Below, in pieces: positions 1 to 9,640 of a stretch of DNA of 64,000 nucleotides (position 1 is its first letter; each line of letters starts with the position of its first letter). Location of the stretch: contig JAPOQA010000058.1 of assembly GCA_026710945.1 (NCBI GenBank), positions 10,688 through 74,687 of the forward strand, in the 5' to 3' direction. Source of the DNA: Chloroflexota bacterium (GTDB lineage Bacteria > Chloroflexota > UBA11872 > VXOZ01). The notes under the pieces were generated by a model that saw only the letters and a list, made by a program, of their open reading frames with translations, was not told the DNA's origin and ran no database searches. The position numbers and the translations under genes are program-made.

Positions 1-116
1 AGCCCGTAGTCCAGTACCACAAACACACCATCTCCGGAGTATAGAGGCCGTCAGAATTCGTGGAGTGGGTGTGGAGATTGCCCTTGTACCAGTTCCCCGG
101 CTTTTGAAAGACAGTC
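1..116 (-). CDS. PHP-domain protein, N-terminal fragment (runs off the window start)
   Basis: Minus-strand ATG at 116-114. Translation MTVFQKPGNWYKGNLHTHSTNSDGLYTPEM contains the HxH...SDG motif of PHP (polymerase/histidinol phosphatase) domains. Truncated by the window edge. Confidence 0.4.
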
Positions 117-299
117 ATTGGCTCAGATGCTCGCTTTCTCTTTGCTAAAGGACGGACGCGGCGGCGCAGTTCACTGTACCCATCTTACCGCATCGCAGTG
201 GCGGCAAAGGCACAAAGACCAAGTACGTTTGGCAGTTGATCGAGATTCACGCGGCGTTGCGACAATCCGCTATTGAGAAGATGTGCCCAGACTTTGGGT

Positions 300-1379
300 C
301 TACGACACGCGGAATTCAGCCAAAGCGTCCTCATTGAGCGTTATGCCAAAACCCGGTCTATCCGGCGGCGCGAGCATGCCGTCATCGTCCAACATGAGCG
401 TTTCTTTGAACGTCTTGCCCCACATGGGGTCAACGGTATCGCGATAATACTCAAGGATCAGCCCATTGGGGATGCCGGTAACGAGGTGAATGTGCACGTC
501 TTGTGATCCATGGGGCGCGATCACCAGATCATGGGAGGCGGCAAGCGCGGCAATGCGGCGAAACTCCGTAACCCCGCCGCAGATATTGGCATCGGCATTG
601 AGGATGCTGGCTGCTTGGTGCTGAATCAGGTCGCGGAATCCGTAGCGCGTGTATTCGTTCTCGCCGGTAGCAATGGGGATAGTCGTTGCTTGGGCCACGC
701 GGGCACAGCCCGCATAGTCGTCTGCGCCCACCGGCTCCTCAAACCAGTAGATGTCGTACTTCTCCATCTGCGCTGCTATGCGGATGGCTTCGTGAGCAGG
801 ATAGGCATTGTTCGCGTCTACCATCACTTCCACGTCCGGCCCCACCGTCTCGCGGACGACGCGCACGCGTTCCACGTCTTCACCAATCGGCGCGCCGCCA
901 ATCTTCATCTTTACCGCCCGCGCGCCCAGACGCAGGTTCTCTGCCATCTCGTCCGCCAGCTCTTTGAGGCCCTTGCCTTCCTCGTAGTAGCCGCCGGCGA
1001 TGTAGACCGGGATGCGTTCCGCATAGCCGCCGAGTAGTTGGTGCACGGATTTGCCCGTTGCTTTGCCGACCAGGTCCCAGAGGGCGATGTCCAGGCTTGA
1101 GATGGTGCGCGTCTCTGTGCCGCGCCTTCCTACAAGTTTCGGCACCCACAGGGCATGCCAGTGTCGTTCCACGTTGAAGGGGTCTGCGCCGATGAGCAGG
1201 GGCTTGAATTGCTCCAGGAGGGAAGGATTGACACCGCCTAATCCAAGACCGGTGAGGCCGGCATCAGTCTCAATTTCCACCACGGAGAGCGTAACGTCGG
1301 TGTACGTGAACATGCCGTTGCGGATTGGCTTCCGGCGGGGCCAACGGTAGAGACGATGCGTGATGTCAGTAACTCTCAT
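300..1379 (-). CDS. Enolase-superfamily enzyme (mandelate racemase/muconate lactonizing enzyme family; probable sugar-acid dehydratase)
   Basis: 359 aa. Has the MR/MLE N-terminal capping domain and a TIM barrel with metal-ligand-like motifs (KMKIGG, VMVDANNAY, WFEEP, ATGENE). Last gene of the minus-strand glycosyltransferase operon. Confidence 0.8.
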   Translation of the reverse strand: MRVTDITHRLYRWPRRKPIRNGMFTYTDVTLSVVEIETDAGLTGLGLGGVNPSLLEQFKPLLIGADPFNVERHWHALWVPKLVGRRGTETRTISSLDIALWDLVGKATGKSVHQLLGGYAERIPVYIAGGYYEEGKGLKELADEMAENLRLGARAVKMKIGGAPIGEDVERVRVVRETVGPDVEVMVDANNAYPAHEAIRIAAQMEKYDIYWFEEPVGADDYAGCARVAQATTIPIATGENEYTRYGFRDLIQHQAASILNADANICGGVTEFRRIAALAASHDLVIAPHGSQDVHIHLVTGIPNGLILEYYRDTVDPMWGKTFKETLMLDDDGMLAPPDRPGFGITLNEDALAEFRVS

Positions 1380-1467
1380 GTTTCGCCCTTTGTCTGTTGT
1401 TAGACTTCATTTCCGGTTGAGTTGTGCGGAAGTGCCACGGCAGAATTCGCTTTCAGGATTGACAGCA

Positions 1468-2874
1468 CTAATAGGCCGGCTGCCTAAAAACGGCAATTAC
1501 CGTACGTAGGAGGATGCGAATATCAAAGTAAATCGACCAGTTCTCGATGTAATAGAGGTCGTACTGCGTGCGTTGATCGATGGGCACGTCGCCGCGCAGG
1601 CCGTTGACTTGCGCCCAACCGGTCATGCCGGCCTTTTCGCGGTGCCGTTCCATGTAGCGTGGAATTTCGGCGCTGAATTGCCTAACATACTGCGGCTGTT
1701 CCGCACGAGGTCCGACCAGGCTCATGTGGCCGATGAGAACATTGATCAGATTGGGTAGCTCATCTACGGAAAACCGCCTGAGGAACTTGCCCAAGCGGGT
1801 GCGTCGCGGGTCATTGGGCACGGTCCAGTCGCGGCCTTCTTGGGCGGCAACATCTGCCACCATCGTGCGAAACTTGATGATTGGGAATGCTTTGCCGTCT
1901 CGTCCTACCCGCTCCTGGATGAAGAAGGTGGGGCCTGCCGAGTCAAGACGGATCAAGAGGGCAACGAGCAGCAGCGGTCCCGAGAGAACGATCAATGTGA
2001 TGGCAGCGACCACAAGATCCAACGAGCGCTTTGCCATGCGGTGCCAAACGGCGAGACGAGGTTCCTTAACGGTAAGAAGTGGCAGACCGGAAATCTCGTC
2101 TACTTGGATGGTTGTGACCAGGAACTGAAAGAGATCCGGATGCACTCGTATGTGTACGTTCTCCGTGGGGCACAGGTCAAGAATGCGCAGCAATTCAACC
2201 GTATTGAGTGCAGGCAACGTAATGATGACTTCCTTCACGTCATACTGGGAGATGACGATCGGTAGTAGGTCGATTTCGCCAAGCAAGGGGTAGCTGAGTT
2301 GAAGGACGTTGTCGTCGGGGTCGTCATCCAGGATTCCGACTACTTCATAGCCGAGTTGCTGAAGGCGCTGGAAGTGCACGTCAACGATTGCGCTGCCAGC
2401 CCCGTGTCCCACGATGAGTGTGCGCACCGTCCCCATGTTTCGCTGGTGAAGCACGCCGCGAGCGAAGGATACAAGCGCCCGCTCGAATGTGAGGAAAAAG
2501 ACGCTCAGAATCGCCGCATAGCCGATGAGCAACCGGGAGTATTCGAATCCTGTGCGCCCGAAAAAAGCGGTTAAACCGACCGCTACAACCGTCCCCAGCG
2601 CAACGGCAGGCAGAATCTTGAGGAGGTATTCTTCCGCCGGTACGTGTTGATGGGAGCGATAATGCCCATTAATGAGCATCGTGCCCATGTATACGACGGT
2701 TATGAGTAACCAAAAGCGGTAATACATCTGCAGGGAATGGGCTTCCTCCGGTGGCGGCCAACCTAACGTGAAACGCACGTAATAGGAACAAAGTACGGCA
2801 AGGCCGATCGCCAATGCGTCAAGAACGAGCCACAGCGGCACAATGATGAGGCGCAGATCTCCATTAAGTGTCAT
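1468..2874 (-). CDS. Polyprenyl-phosphate hexose-1-phosphate transferase (WbaP/CpsE-like priming glycosyltransferase, bacterial sugar transferase family)
   Basis: N-terminal TM helices followed by the conserved C-terminal motif SLDLVVA...LSGPLLL...DSAGPTFFIQERVGRDGKAFPIIKFRTM...DELPNLINVLIGHMSLVGPR. Start reassigned to the internal Met (MTLNGDLRL) at 2874, which has a GGAGGGAGG RBS immediately upstream. The upstream 39 codons of the raw ORF are unlikely to be coding. Confidence 0.85.
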   Translation of the reverse strand: MTLNGDLRLIIVPLWLVLDALAIGLAVLCSYYVRFTLGWPPPEEAHSLQMYYRFWLLITVVYMGTMLINGHYRSHQHVPAEEYLLKILPAVALGTVVAVGLTAFFGRTGFEYSRLLIGYAAILSVFFLTFERALVSFARGVLHQRNMGTVRTLIVGHGAGSAIVDVHFQRLQQLGYEVVGILDDDPDDNVLQLSYPLLGEIDLLPIVISQYDVKEVIITLPALNTVELLRILDLCPTENVHIRVHPDLFQFLVTTIQVDEISGLPLLTVKEPRLAVWHRMAKRSLDLVVAAITLIVLSGPLLLVALLIRLDSAGPTFFIQERVGRDGKAFPIIKFRTMVADVAAQEGRDWTVPNDPRRTRLGKFLRRFSVDELPNLINVLIGHMSLVGPRAEQPQYVRQFSAEIPRYMERHREKAGMTGWAQVNGLRGDVPIDQRTQYDLYYIENWSIYFDIRILLRTVIAVFRQPAY

Positions 2875-2887
2875 GGCCCCCTCCCTC

Positions 2888-3802
2888 CTAGAACGCTGAA
2901 AGCCGCGGGGCGTGGTGGGTATCGCGTCGCGCCCATACCCGGAGCATTGCTGCGAAAAAGAAAGTCCAGATTGCAGTGAATACGAGGACATTCAAGACAG
3001 TTGGGTTTTGGGGCGCTTGGTGCTTGGCATAGAACAAGTGCATAGAGCGGAAAAACTCAAATGTCATACGGCCTGGACGTTGGCGGCTGCTTTCGCCTTT
3101 CAGGTGGCGCACTGCAACCGCCGGCCAATACCATACTTGCCATCCAGCTTGCTTTATGCGGTAGCAGAGGTCAAGGTCTTCACCGTACATGAAGAACGAG
3201 TCATCCAGCAGGCCGGCCTCAGCCAGCGCGTCGCGGCGTATGAACATAAATGCGCCGACCACCGCATCCAAGGGATAGCACTGATTGGGATCGAGATACG
3301 TGAGGTTGTATCCGGCGGTTACACGAGACTTAGGAAACCGTTTCGCGAGACCGCAAGCTTTCATGAGCGCATTCCAAGGTGTTGGAAATGAACGTCGGCA
3401 GGCCAGATCCAAGCTCCCGTCGGCGCGAACGAGTCTCGGCCCAACAATACCCCACTGCGGGTTTTTCTCCATGACGGCGTGTAATTGTGAGAGTGCAGAA
3501 GGCGGGAGTTCTGTGTCCGGGTTGAGCAAGAGAACGTAGCGACCGCGTGCCCGGGCGAGCGCAAGGTTGTTTCCCGCCGCGAAGCCGATGTGCGGCGATC
3601 CCAGGATGCGTTGCGCTGCCGGAAATTCGTCCTGCACCATTGCAAGTGACTCGTCAGTGCCGTTATCCACCACAAACACTTCACACTGATCCGCAAAGTC
3701 GCTGGCATAGACCGAAGCGAGGCACGTGCGCAGCAGCGCCACGACGTTGTGGGTGACAACGATAATGGAGAGCTCGATAGGAGCCGTACCCATTGCTTTC
3801 AT
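2888..3802 (-). CDS. Glycosyltransferase family 2
   Basis: Motif LSIIVVTHN...VVDNGTDES plus DxD-type region (GT-A fold). Start chosen at MKAMGTAP (3802), which forms an ATGA start/stop overlap with the upstream GT2. Confidence 0.8.
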   Translation of the reverse strand: MKAMGTAPIELSIIVVTHNVVALLRTCLASVYASDFADQCEVFVVDNGTDESLAMVQDEFPAAQRILGSPHIGFAAGNNLALARARGRYVLLLNPDTELPPSALSQLHAVMEKNPQWGIVGPRLVRADGSLDLACRRSFPTPWNALMKACGLAKRFPKSRVTAGYNLTYLDPNQCYPLDAVVGAFMFIRRDALAEAGLLDDSFFMYGEDLDLCYRIKQAGWQVWYWPAVAVRHLKGESSRQRPGRMTFEFFRSMHLFYAKHQAPQNPTVLNVLVFTAIWTFFFAAMLRVWARRDTHHAPRLSAF

Positions 3803-4815
3803 TGGCCTCGACGCAGTCGCCGCCCTTGACGAAGTCGCCATCGCCACCAGACTCCTACCGGATACCCAAGCATTTTGGCAATGTCGCCCACTACGCGTAT
3901 GAGCAAGATACTACCAAACGAAGAGACAAGGCTCTTCTTGTTTCTTGACGCGGGATCTGTGAGTGCACGAAGGAGCGGTTTGCGGGAGCCCGCAACAATC
4001 GCCAACGCGAGCAGCGCCCACCACAGTGGATTCTGCCTGCCGCGCCAAAGCAGAATAGACCCGAGAACATAAGCAGTGTAACGGAGCGCGTGGCGGCCCG
4101 GCCACAGGTTAGCTTTGCCGTCACCCCGGGCATAGCGATAGTACTGCAGAAAGAACGCCTTAAGGTGCGGGCGCGGTCGAAAGCGCACGCTCGCCGCCGG
4201 CTGAAACACAACGTGGGCGCCAACCGCTTTACAATTGAAGTCGAAGACTACGTCTTCGCAGTAGTCGAGCCACTCTGGATATCCAGCCGCTTTTTTCCAC
4301 AATTCACGGCGAAATGCCACGGAGCGGCTTGAAGCAAGGTAGGATGCTTCACGGATTTCGCTTACCAGAGGAAGCGTCGTCACGGCCAGCAGTTCCTCAA
4401 ATCGTGTACGAGGGTCCGGCCGCGAATAGCCGCTAACCATGTTTACATCCGGCCGGTCCTCGAACGGACGCACCAATTCTTCAAGCCAGTAATTAGGCAG
4501 CGTAACGCCGGCATCGGTGACAGCGATAATGTCGCCGGTGGCGGCGCGAATGGCGGCATTGCGACCCTCCGCAATGTTGGCGCCTGGTAGTTCAAGCAGG
4601 ACGATGTGAGACTGGATTCCGGCTTCCGCCGGAATGACAGAGTGCTGTCGCGCTACCGCAAAGTCCCGCAGCAAAGGGACTGTACCGTCGGTTGACCCGC
4701 CGTCAGCAATGACGATCTCGTCCGGTTGGCGGCCCTGTGCTTCGAGCGATTTCAGTAGTGCAGGCAGAGCTGCTTCCTCGTTCCACACCGTAAATATCAG
4801 TGAGACTCTAGACAT
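3799..4815 (-). CDS. Glycosyltransferase family 2
   Basis: MSRVSLIFTVWNEEAALPALLKSL...IVIADGGSTDGT is a typical GT2 N-terminus. Start chosen at MSRV (4815), overlapping the stop of the upstream GT1 gene. Confidence 0.8.
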   Translation of the reverse strand: MSRVSLIFTVWNEEAALPALLKSLEAQGRQPDEIVIADGGSTDGTVPLLRDFAVARQHSVIPAEAGIQSHIVLLELPGANIAEGRNAAIRAATGDIIAVTDAGVTLPNYWLEELVRPFEDRPDVNMVSGYSRPDPRTRFEELLAVTTLPLVSEIREASYLASSRSVAFRRELWKKAAGYPEWLDYCEDVVFDFNCKAVGAHVVFQPAASVRFRPRPHLKAFFLQYYRYARGDGKANLWPGRHALRYTAYVLGSILLWRGRQNPLWWALLALAIVAGSRKPLLRALTDPASRNKKSLVSSFGSILLIRVVGDIAKMLGYPVGVWWRWRLRQGRRLRRGQ

Positions 4816-6016
4816 ACCCATCACGTGACTCATGCAGGCGCCCGTAAAACTCGAGCAGGCGAGGCGTGAAACGGCGCCAATCGTAGAGTTCCTCCGCAAG
4901 TCGCTTGGCTGCCAGGCCTTGCTCCTGCGCCAATAGACGATCGCGCAAGAGATCGACCACATGTCCGGCTAAGTCCTCCGGGGTGTCGCCAATGCGCACG
5001 TGCTCGCCGGGTGCAGCTTCTATACCCTCGATGCCGATGCTCGTGGTCGCAACCGGCTTTGCCCATAAGAAAGATTCGAGTATTTTCACGCGCATGCCGC
5101 TTCCCGCCTGAACCGGTACCACCGAGACCCACGCGCTGCCGAGGGCTTGCGCGAACTCTCTGTCGTCCAAGTAGCCCAGTGACTGTATCCCCGGCTGGCG
5201 GAGCCAGCGCCTTTCAAGGCCGACACCGGATCCGGCAACGATGAATTCCACGGTTGGGACTTCAGAGCGAATGAGCGGCCAGACTTTTGTGCAGAACCAG
5301 CGCAAGCCATCCCGATTCGGTCGATAGTCCAGCTTTCCTGCGAAAAATAGGCGCGGTAAAGGAGCGAGGGGTACGCCCTGGGCGCCTTGCTTCTCAGGGT
5401 CGACGCCGATAGGAATGACCGTATGCGGCTTGCCGCTGGAGAGGGGTTCTAGGTAGCTTTCATCAACTTTGGAAACGGTGATCCAGCCGTCGCTCGAGGC
5501 GAGCGCATTCGACTCATACTGGCGCAGTCTGCGGGCTTGGATGCGAGAGTACCAGCGCCCTAAGCTCTGGGAAGTGGCTGATATGCGCTCTTGGAGCAAA
5601 TATTCCACATTGTGCTCGTCGAGAACGAGCAGACTGTTCGGACTCTCCCTTCGTGCCAAGGCAAGATGGGGGACCATTTCCAAGCCCTCGAATTGAATGA
5701 GATCGAAGTGCTGATGTGCCAGAATGAATCGCAAGCGTTCTGCAAAGGCCTCGCTCTGGAGCCTAAACGCGAGATCCGGCTCCGAACTCCGTAACAGGTG
5801 AAGTATGCGGTCGCGAAGAGTTGACTGGGGCCGGGCTACCCATCCTGCCCAACTGCAAATCTCTTTTAGTGCTGTTAGATCAGTGTCGGAGTCGCCAAAG
5901 CACAATACATACACTTGGTGTTGGGTAGCAGCGCCAGCGATGAGTTGATAGTTGCGGATTGCCGGGCCGGCGTGAGGCGGCCACGGCGGTTGCGGCGTAA
6001 GAAAGAGGACTCGCAT
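4808..6016 (-). CDS. Glycosyltransferase family 1 (GT4-like, GT-B fold)
   Basis: MRVLFLTPQPPWPPHAGPAIR N-terminus and a C-terminal E-x7-E-like region (FFAGKLDYRPNRDGL...). Start at 6016 overlaps the stop of the upstream gene (TGATG). Confidence 0.75.
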   Translation of the reverse strand: MRVLFLTPQPPWPPHAGPAIRNYQLIAGAATQHQVYVLCFGDSDTDLTALKEICSWAGWVARPQSTLRDRILHLLRSSEPDLAFRLQSEAFAERLRFILAHQHFDLIQFEGLEMVPHLALARRESPNSLLVLDEHNVEYLLQERISATSQSLGRWYSRIQARRLRQYESNALASSDGWITVSKVDESYLEPLSSGKPHTVIPIGVDPEKQGAQGVPLAPLPRLFFAGKLDYRPNRDGLRWFCTKVWPLIRSEVPTVEFIVAGSGVGLERRWLRQPGIQSLGYLDDREFAQALGSAWVSVVPVQAGSGMRVKILESFLWAKPVATTSIGIEGIEAAPGEHVRIGDTPEDLAGHVVDLLRDRLLAQEQGLAAKRLAEELYDWRRFTPRLLEFYGRLHESRDGYV

Positions 6017-7122
6017 CAGTGTGGTCCTGCAGCCTCGCGGTAGACGGCAAGCGTTTGCTGAGCCGCAGTGCGCCACGAGAACTGCTTCACGCGTGCGTGC
6101 CCTCCGGCGATCATGCCGTCGCGCAGCGCCGTGTCATCCAAGAGAGTCGTGATGCCATGCGCAATCGCTGCGGCGGAGTTTGGATCTACGAGGATGGCAG
6201 CATCCCCGGCAACTTCTGCCATGCTGCCGAAGTTTGAGGTGATGACGGGGCAGCCGCATGCCATCGCCTCAAGTATGGGCAACCCAAATCCTTCGTAGAG
6301 AGATGGGAACAGGAGACAGACGGCGCTGGTATAGAGCATCGGTAGCTTGGCGTCGTCCACGAAACCGAGAAACTTGACCTGGTCCTGTAGGCGATGCCCC
6401 TGGACTGCCTCGAGGACATTTTCGTATTGATAGCCCCGGCCGCCGGCAAAGACGAGTTGGGGACGGTCTCTGCGAGGCAGCACGTCATATGCCTCAATTA
6501 CTCGTTCCAGATTCTTGCGTGCTTCAATGGTGCCAACGACGAGGATATACGGCTCAGAAATACCAAGACGACGTCTGATGCGTTCGCAACTAGCCTCTGG
6601 GCGCGTATAGTAAGCCGGATCCACTGCCTCGTAAACGCTGATAACCTTCTCCGGTGCGATGGAAATGCGGTTTAGGACTTCATGCCGGGTGAATTCCGAT
6701 ACCGTGATAACCCGGGCTGTACGAGGTAGTGTGCGAAAAACCTGGGTGTAGTAGAGAAGACTGGCAGAATCGTAGGCTTCCGGATGCGCCAAGAAGGAGA
6801 GATCGTGAATGGTAACCACGCTCTCCCACCCTTTCCGTTTCGGTGCCACGTGGTCAGGGCTATGCAATACGTCTAGCCGCTGAGCCGCAATTTCCGCTGC
6901 CAGGAACCACCGCTCCACGGGATGGTGGGCAGGAGTAAAGACTCTACGACAGCGCATTCGGGGGGCTTGCAGGAGAGCTTCGCGTTCTCGTCTACTTTGG
7001 AGTAGGACTAACTCCATTTCAGCATTGGCGGACTCCGGAAACTCCCGAATTAGGTTTCGGATATAGCGGCCGATTCCTGTGCGATTGTAGTAGTGGAGGC
7101 GACAATCAATGCCGATCTTCAT
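6016..7122 (-). CDS. Glycosyltransferase family 4 (GT-B fold)
   Basis: MKIGIDCRLHYYNRTGIGRY...; C-terminal LFPSLYEGFGLPILEAMACGCPVITS is the canonical GT4 signature. Confidence 0.8.
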   Translation of the reverse strand: MKIGIDCRLHYYNRTGIGRYIRNLIREFPESANAEMELVLLQSRREREALLQAPRMRCRRVFTPAHHPVERWFLAAEIAAQRLDVLHSPDHVAPKRKGWESVVTIHDLSFLAHPEAYDSASLLYYTQVFRTLPRTARVITVSEFTRHEVLNRISIAPEKVISVYEAVDPAYYTRPEASCERIRRRLGISEPYILVVGTIEARKNLERVIEAYDVLPRRDRPQLVFAGGRGYQYENVLEAVQGHRLQDQVKFLGFVDDAKLPMLYTSAVCLLFPSLYEGFGLPILEAMACGCPVITSNFGSMAEVAGDAAILVDPNSAAAIAHGITTLLDDTALRDGMIAGGHARVKQFSWRTAAQQTLAVYREAAGPH

Positions 7123-7211
7123 GCGTTGTTGCAGGGCTCACGTGAAATTCCATTTGATCCAACTCGCTTAGGGTCCTCGTGGAAGAGGAGGCCATTGGAG
7201 TAATCATAGCA

Positions 7212-8648
7212 TCACAAGGTGTCTTCAGTAGAGTGTTTGGAGTCTCGCCCAACCCAAGCGGCGGCAACGCCAAGCCCGGCAACTAGCCAGAATAGTGTTG
7301 CCATGTGAGGATAGACGACGTAGTGTTGGTCGAACAGTCCGGTTACGAGCGCTCCCAACAGGCCTGCAAGAGCGCCGAGCGCCACCCATTCACTGTCCGG
7401 TGTCAAGCCTCTACGCCATCCTTGCAGCATGCTCCAGAGCGCTGCCCCAACTGCCAGGCTGAAGGCGGCGAGCGTGACAAATCCACCCAATTCGGCCAGT
7501 TGTAAATAAATGCTCGATACGCCGACGAAGGTGTCGATGGTGGGCGGCGGCCCGAATCCCACGCCAAGCAAAGGATGATCTTGAATGAGGTTGAATGACT
7601 TAGAATACTCATCCAAACGCATCGCTGCCGCCCGATCCTGTGCGCGCAATCCCGATAAGAGATGCAGGAGCATGGCACGAGTTTGAGGCAGAGCGGCGAT
7701 CGTAATGCCGCCAAGAGGATAGAGCCAAAACAGCCACCGGTAGCGGAGGGTTGTGAGAACTACAATCGCCGCGCCGCTCCCTAGGAGTGCGGCACGCGAA
7801 CGCGTGAGCAGAAGACAGAGCAGCAAAAGCCCAAGCAGGCCGAGCAACCACCATCTTCGTGGGTGGCTGGCCCATAGCGCCACGCCAAAGGCGATGGCGA
7901 ATACCAAGGCACCGCCCAGCATATTAGGATCGATGCTCGTTCCCGTCGCGCGTAGCAAGGGAGTGTCGGCTATGTATCGCAGCACGCCGCCCCCAACCGG
8001 ATAGCCTATTCGCCCCAACTGAGAAAGTATCTTGATTGAATAAGCTGGGGGAATTAAGTAAAGAACGACACCTATCAAGGCCTGGCCGGCGGCGAATACA
8101 AGAAACCACGTGGCCGCGCGTCGAGCTGCTTGCTCAGTTTGCAACCACGTGACGAGCATAACGAAAATGAAAGCGCTCGAGGCCAATTTAATTGAATGAG
8201 TGATGGCATCTTCAGACATGCCAAAGCGCAGACCGTTGCCGGCGGCAACTAACAAGAGGAGGACGTAGAGCGCAACGGCAACAACCGATACGCGGCTAGG
8301 CAAACGAAGACGATGTGTACACACTTGCCACGCGAACAGAAAAAGCAGCGCGCCGGTTGCAAGGTCTAGGAAACTGAAGCGAAAGCCAACGCGGAACGGC
8401 AGGGTGCCGAATGGTAGTAACCAGATGATTGCCATTAACCCGATGACTGCTAGGCCCGGGGAGAAGGCAACGGCAACGCTCCCAACTAGGCCCACCAGGA
8501 GAAAGAGAAGCGTAAACGGCGAGTAGCTCACCGCTCCCCAGCCGATAGCGATGCCCAGCAGAATTGCAATGAGCAAAAAGAGGACCGTCCAGGAGATGCG
8601 GCCCAAAGCTTCGCTGCGCAGGAGACCGGCCGGTAGTCCCAAACTCAC
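7212..8648 (-). CDS. O-antigen ligase/polymerase-like membrane protein (Wzy/WaaL family)
   Basis: 478 aa, at least 10 predicted TM helices, with a large periplasmic loop carrying an RxxxR...H-like region typical of O-antigen ligase-family proteins. Embedded in the glycosyltransferase operon. Confidence 0.7.
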   Translation of the reverse strand: MSLGLPAGLLRSEALGRISWTVLFLLIAILLGIAIGWGAVSYSPFTLLFLLVGLVGSVAVAFSPGLAVIGLMAIIWLLPFGTLPFRVGFRFSFLDLATGALLFLFAWQVCTHRLRLPSRVSVVAVALYVLLLLVAAGNGLRFGMSEDAITHSIKLASSAFIFVMLVTWLQTEQAARRAATWFLVFAAGQALIGVVLYLIPPAYSIKILSQLGRIGYPVGGGVLRYIADTPLLRATGTSIDPNMLGGALVFAIAFGVALWASHPRRWWLLGLLGLLLLCLLLTRSRAALLGSGAAIVVLTTLRYRWLFWLYPLGGITIAALPQTRAMLLHLLSGLRAQDRAAAMRLDEYSKSFNLIQDHPLLGVGFGPPPTIDTFVGVSSIYLQLAELGGFVTLAAFSLAVGAALWSMLQGWRRGLTPDSEWVALGALAGLLGALVTGLFDQHYVVYPHMATLFWLVAGLGVAAAWVGRDSKHSTEDTL

Positions 8649-8921
8649 CGCTGGCGCTCTTTTCTCATTCGCCGGAGACTCCTTTGCCGATCATGTCTGT
8701 AAACTTGGCCTGCCGATTGACCTGGAATTCGCTATGTGACGGGCGGCAACGCGAAGCAATGTGCGTTGTGATGGGCGCAGAATTGCAGAGAAGCAAGGTT
8801 AGGCAATCGCAAAATCACGCCTGCGCAATAGTGGCTGAGAGTCCCTTCCACGGGAAGTTGAGGCGTGCAAAGCTTTGCGCCGGCAATGCATTTTGGGATT
8901 CGCAGCCACCGGTGCTTCCTG

Positions 8922-9308
8922 TTAGAGTTGCTCTTCTCCGTTCGTGCCGGCACGGTGCTCTGCAGCAGTGATGAACTGTCCACCCTCGATGTGCCTGCTC
9001 TGCTCTTCGTAGCTCGTGCTGTAGTGAATCTCGATGCGCATTTGTTGGAAGCACGTGTCGCTACGCCCCATGACATCCTTGAATAGGCTATACCCGACCG
9101 GAGCATCGCTGTTGCTGGATTCCTCGAATTCTTCCACAAGGTCATAGCCCTTGCGCGCCATCACTGCAACAGTTTCGCTACATCTGTTGCAGCGCACGTA
9201 GTACCAGAAGAGATTGGGGTCGGCGGTTGGATCGGCGTCTTTGACGTTGTCAGCGTCATTGCCTGATTCGAACAGAAGACGTTTTAGGTACTTCATCGGC
9301 GGTTCCAC
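8922..9308 (-). CDS. Hypothetical small protein (128 aa) inside the polysaccharide operon
   Basis: Intact ORF on the operon strand, between the GT2 and the ligase. Local GC is visibly lower than in neighbouring genes. No recognisable domain; acidic, with a single CxxC. Confidence 0.35.
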   Translation of the reverse strand: MEPPMKYLKRLLFESGNDADNVKDADPTADPNLFWYYVRCNRCSETVAVMARKGYDLVEEFEESSNSDAPVGYSLFKDVMGRSDTCFQQMRIEIHYSTSYEEQSRHIEGGQFITAAEHRAGTNGEEQL

Positions 9309-9640
9309 TCCCTTGTCTTGCGATTGTTCAATGACTTACTGAAGGCTGCTTGCCTCTCTTGACTCCTATTGTACGAATTTTCTCCGGGTGACGATGGTGG
9401 GGCCAATGCTTAGACATTGGGGCAGTGAGAGGCGAATTGAGTGCGGTCGAGTGGAGTTGCATCCTCTATTGCGGCCGGTCTCCGTTATCAAGCAAGCGCT
9501 CATTGCCACACCATTCAAGATTTACGCGGTTGTTCTTCATGCCACCGGCTGTACTGTTCACAGTACAAACCCGCCAATTAGGGAATCTATCTAAAGTCCG
9601 CATATCATGTGCCGAGCGCCAGCGTGGATTGTCCGGTAGT

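Noticed and set aside
510-1037. Plus-strand ORFs antisense to the enolase-family gene (175 and 93 aa). Similar large antisense ORFs occur at 12553..13182, 34354..35142, 38379..39014, 38597..39259, 56586..57248, 62573..63220 and 62764..63684.
   Set aside because: These are typical high-GC shadow ORFs with low-complexity Arg/Ala/Pro-rich translations. Each overlaps a gene with strong homology on the opposite strand.
2875-2991. First 39 codons of the raw WbaP-like ORF
   Set aside because: The internal Met at 2874 has a strong GGAGG RBS, and the sugar-transferase homology starts there. The extension would overlap the upstream GT2 gene by over 100 nt.
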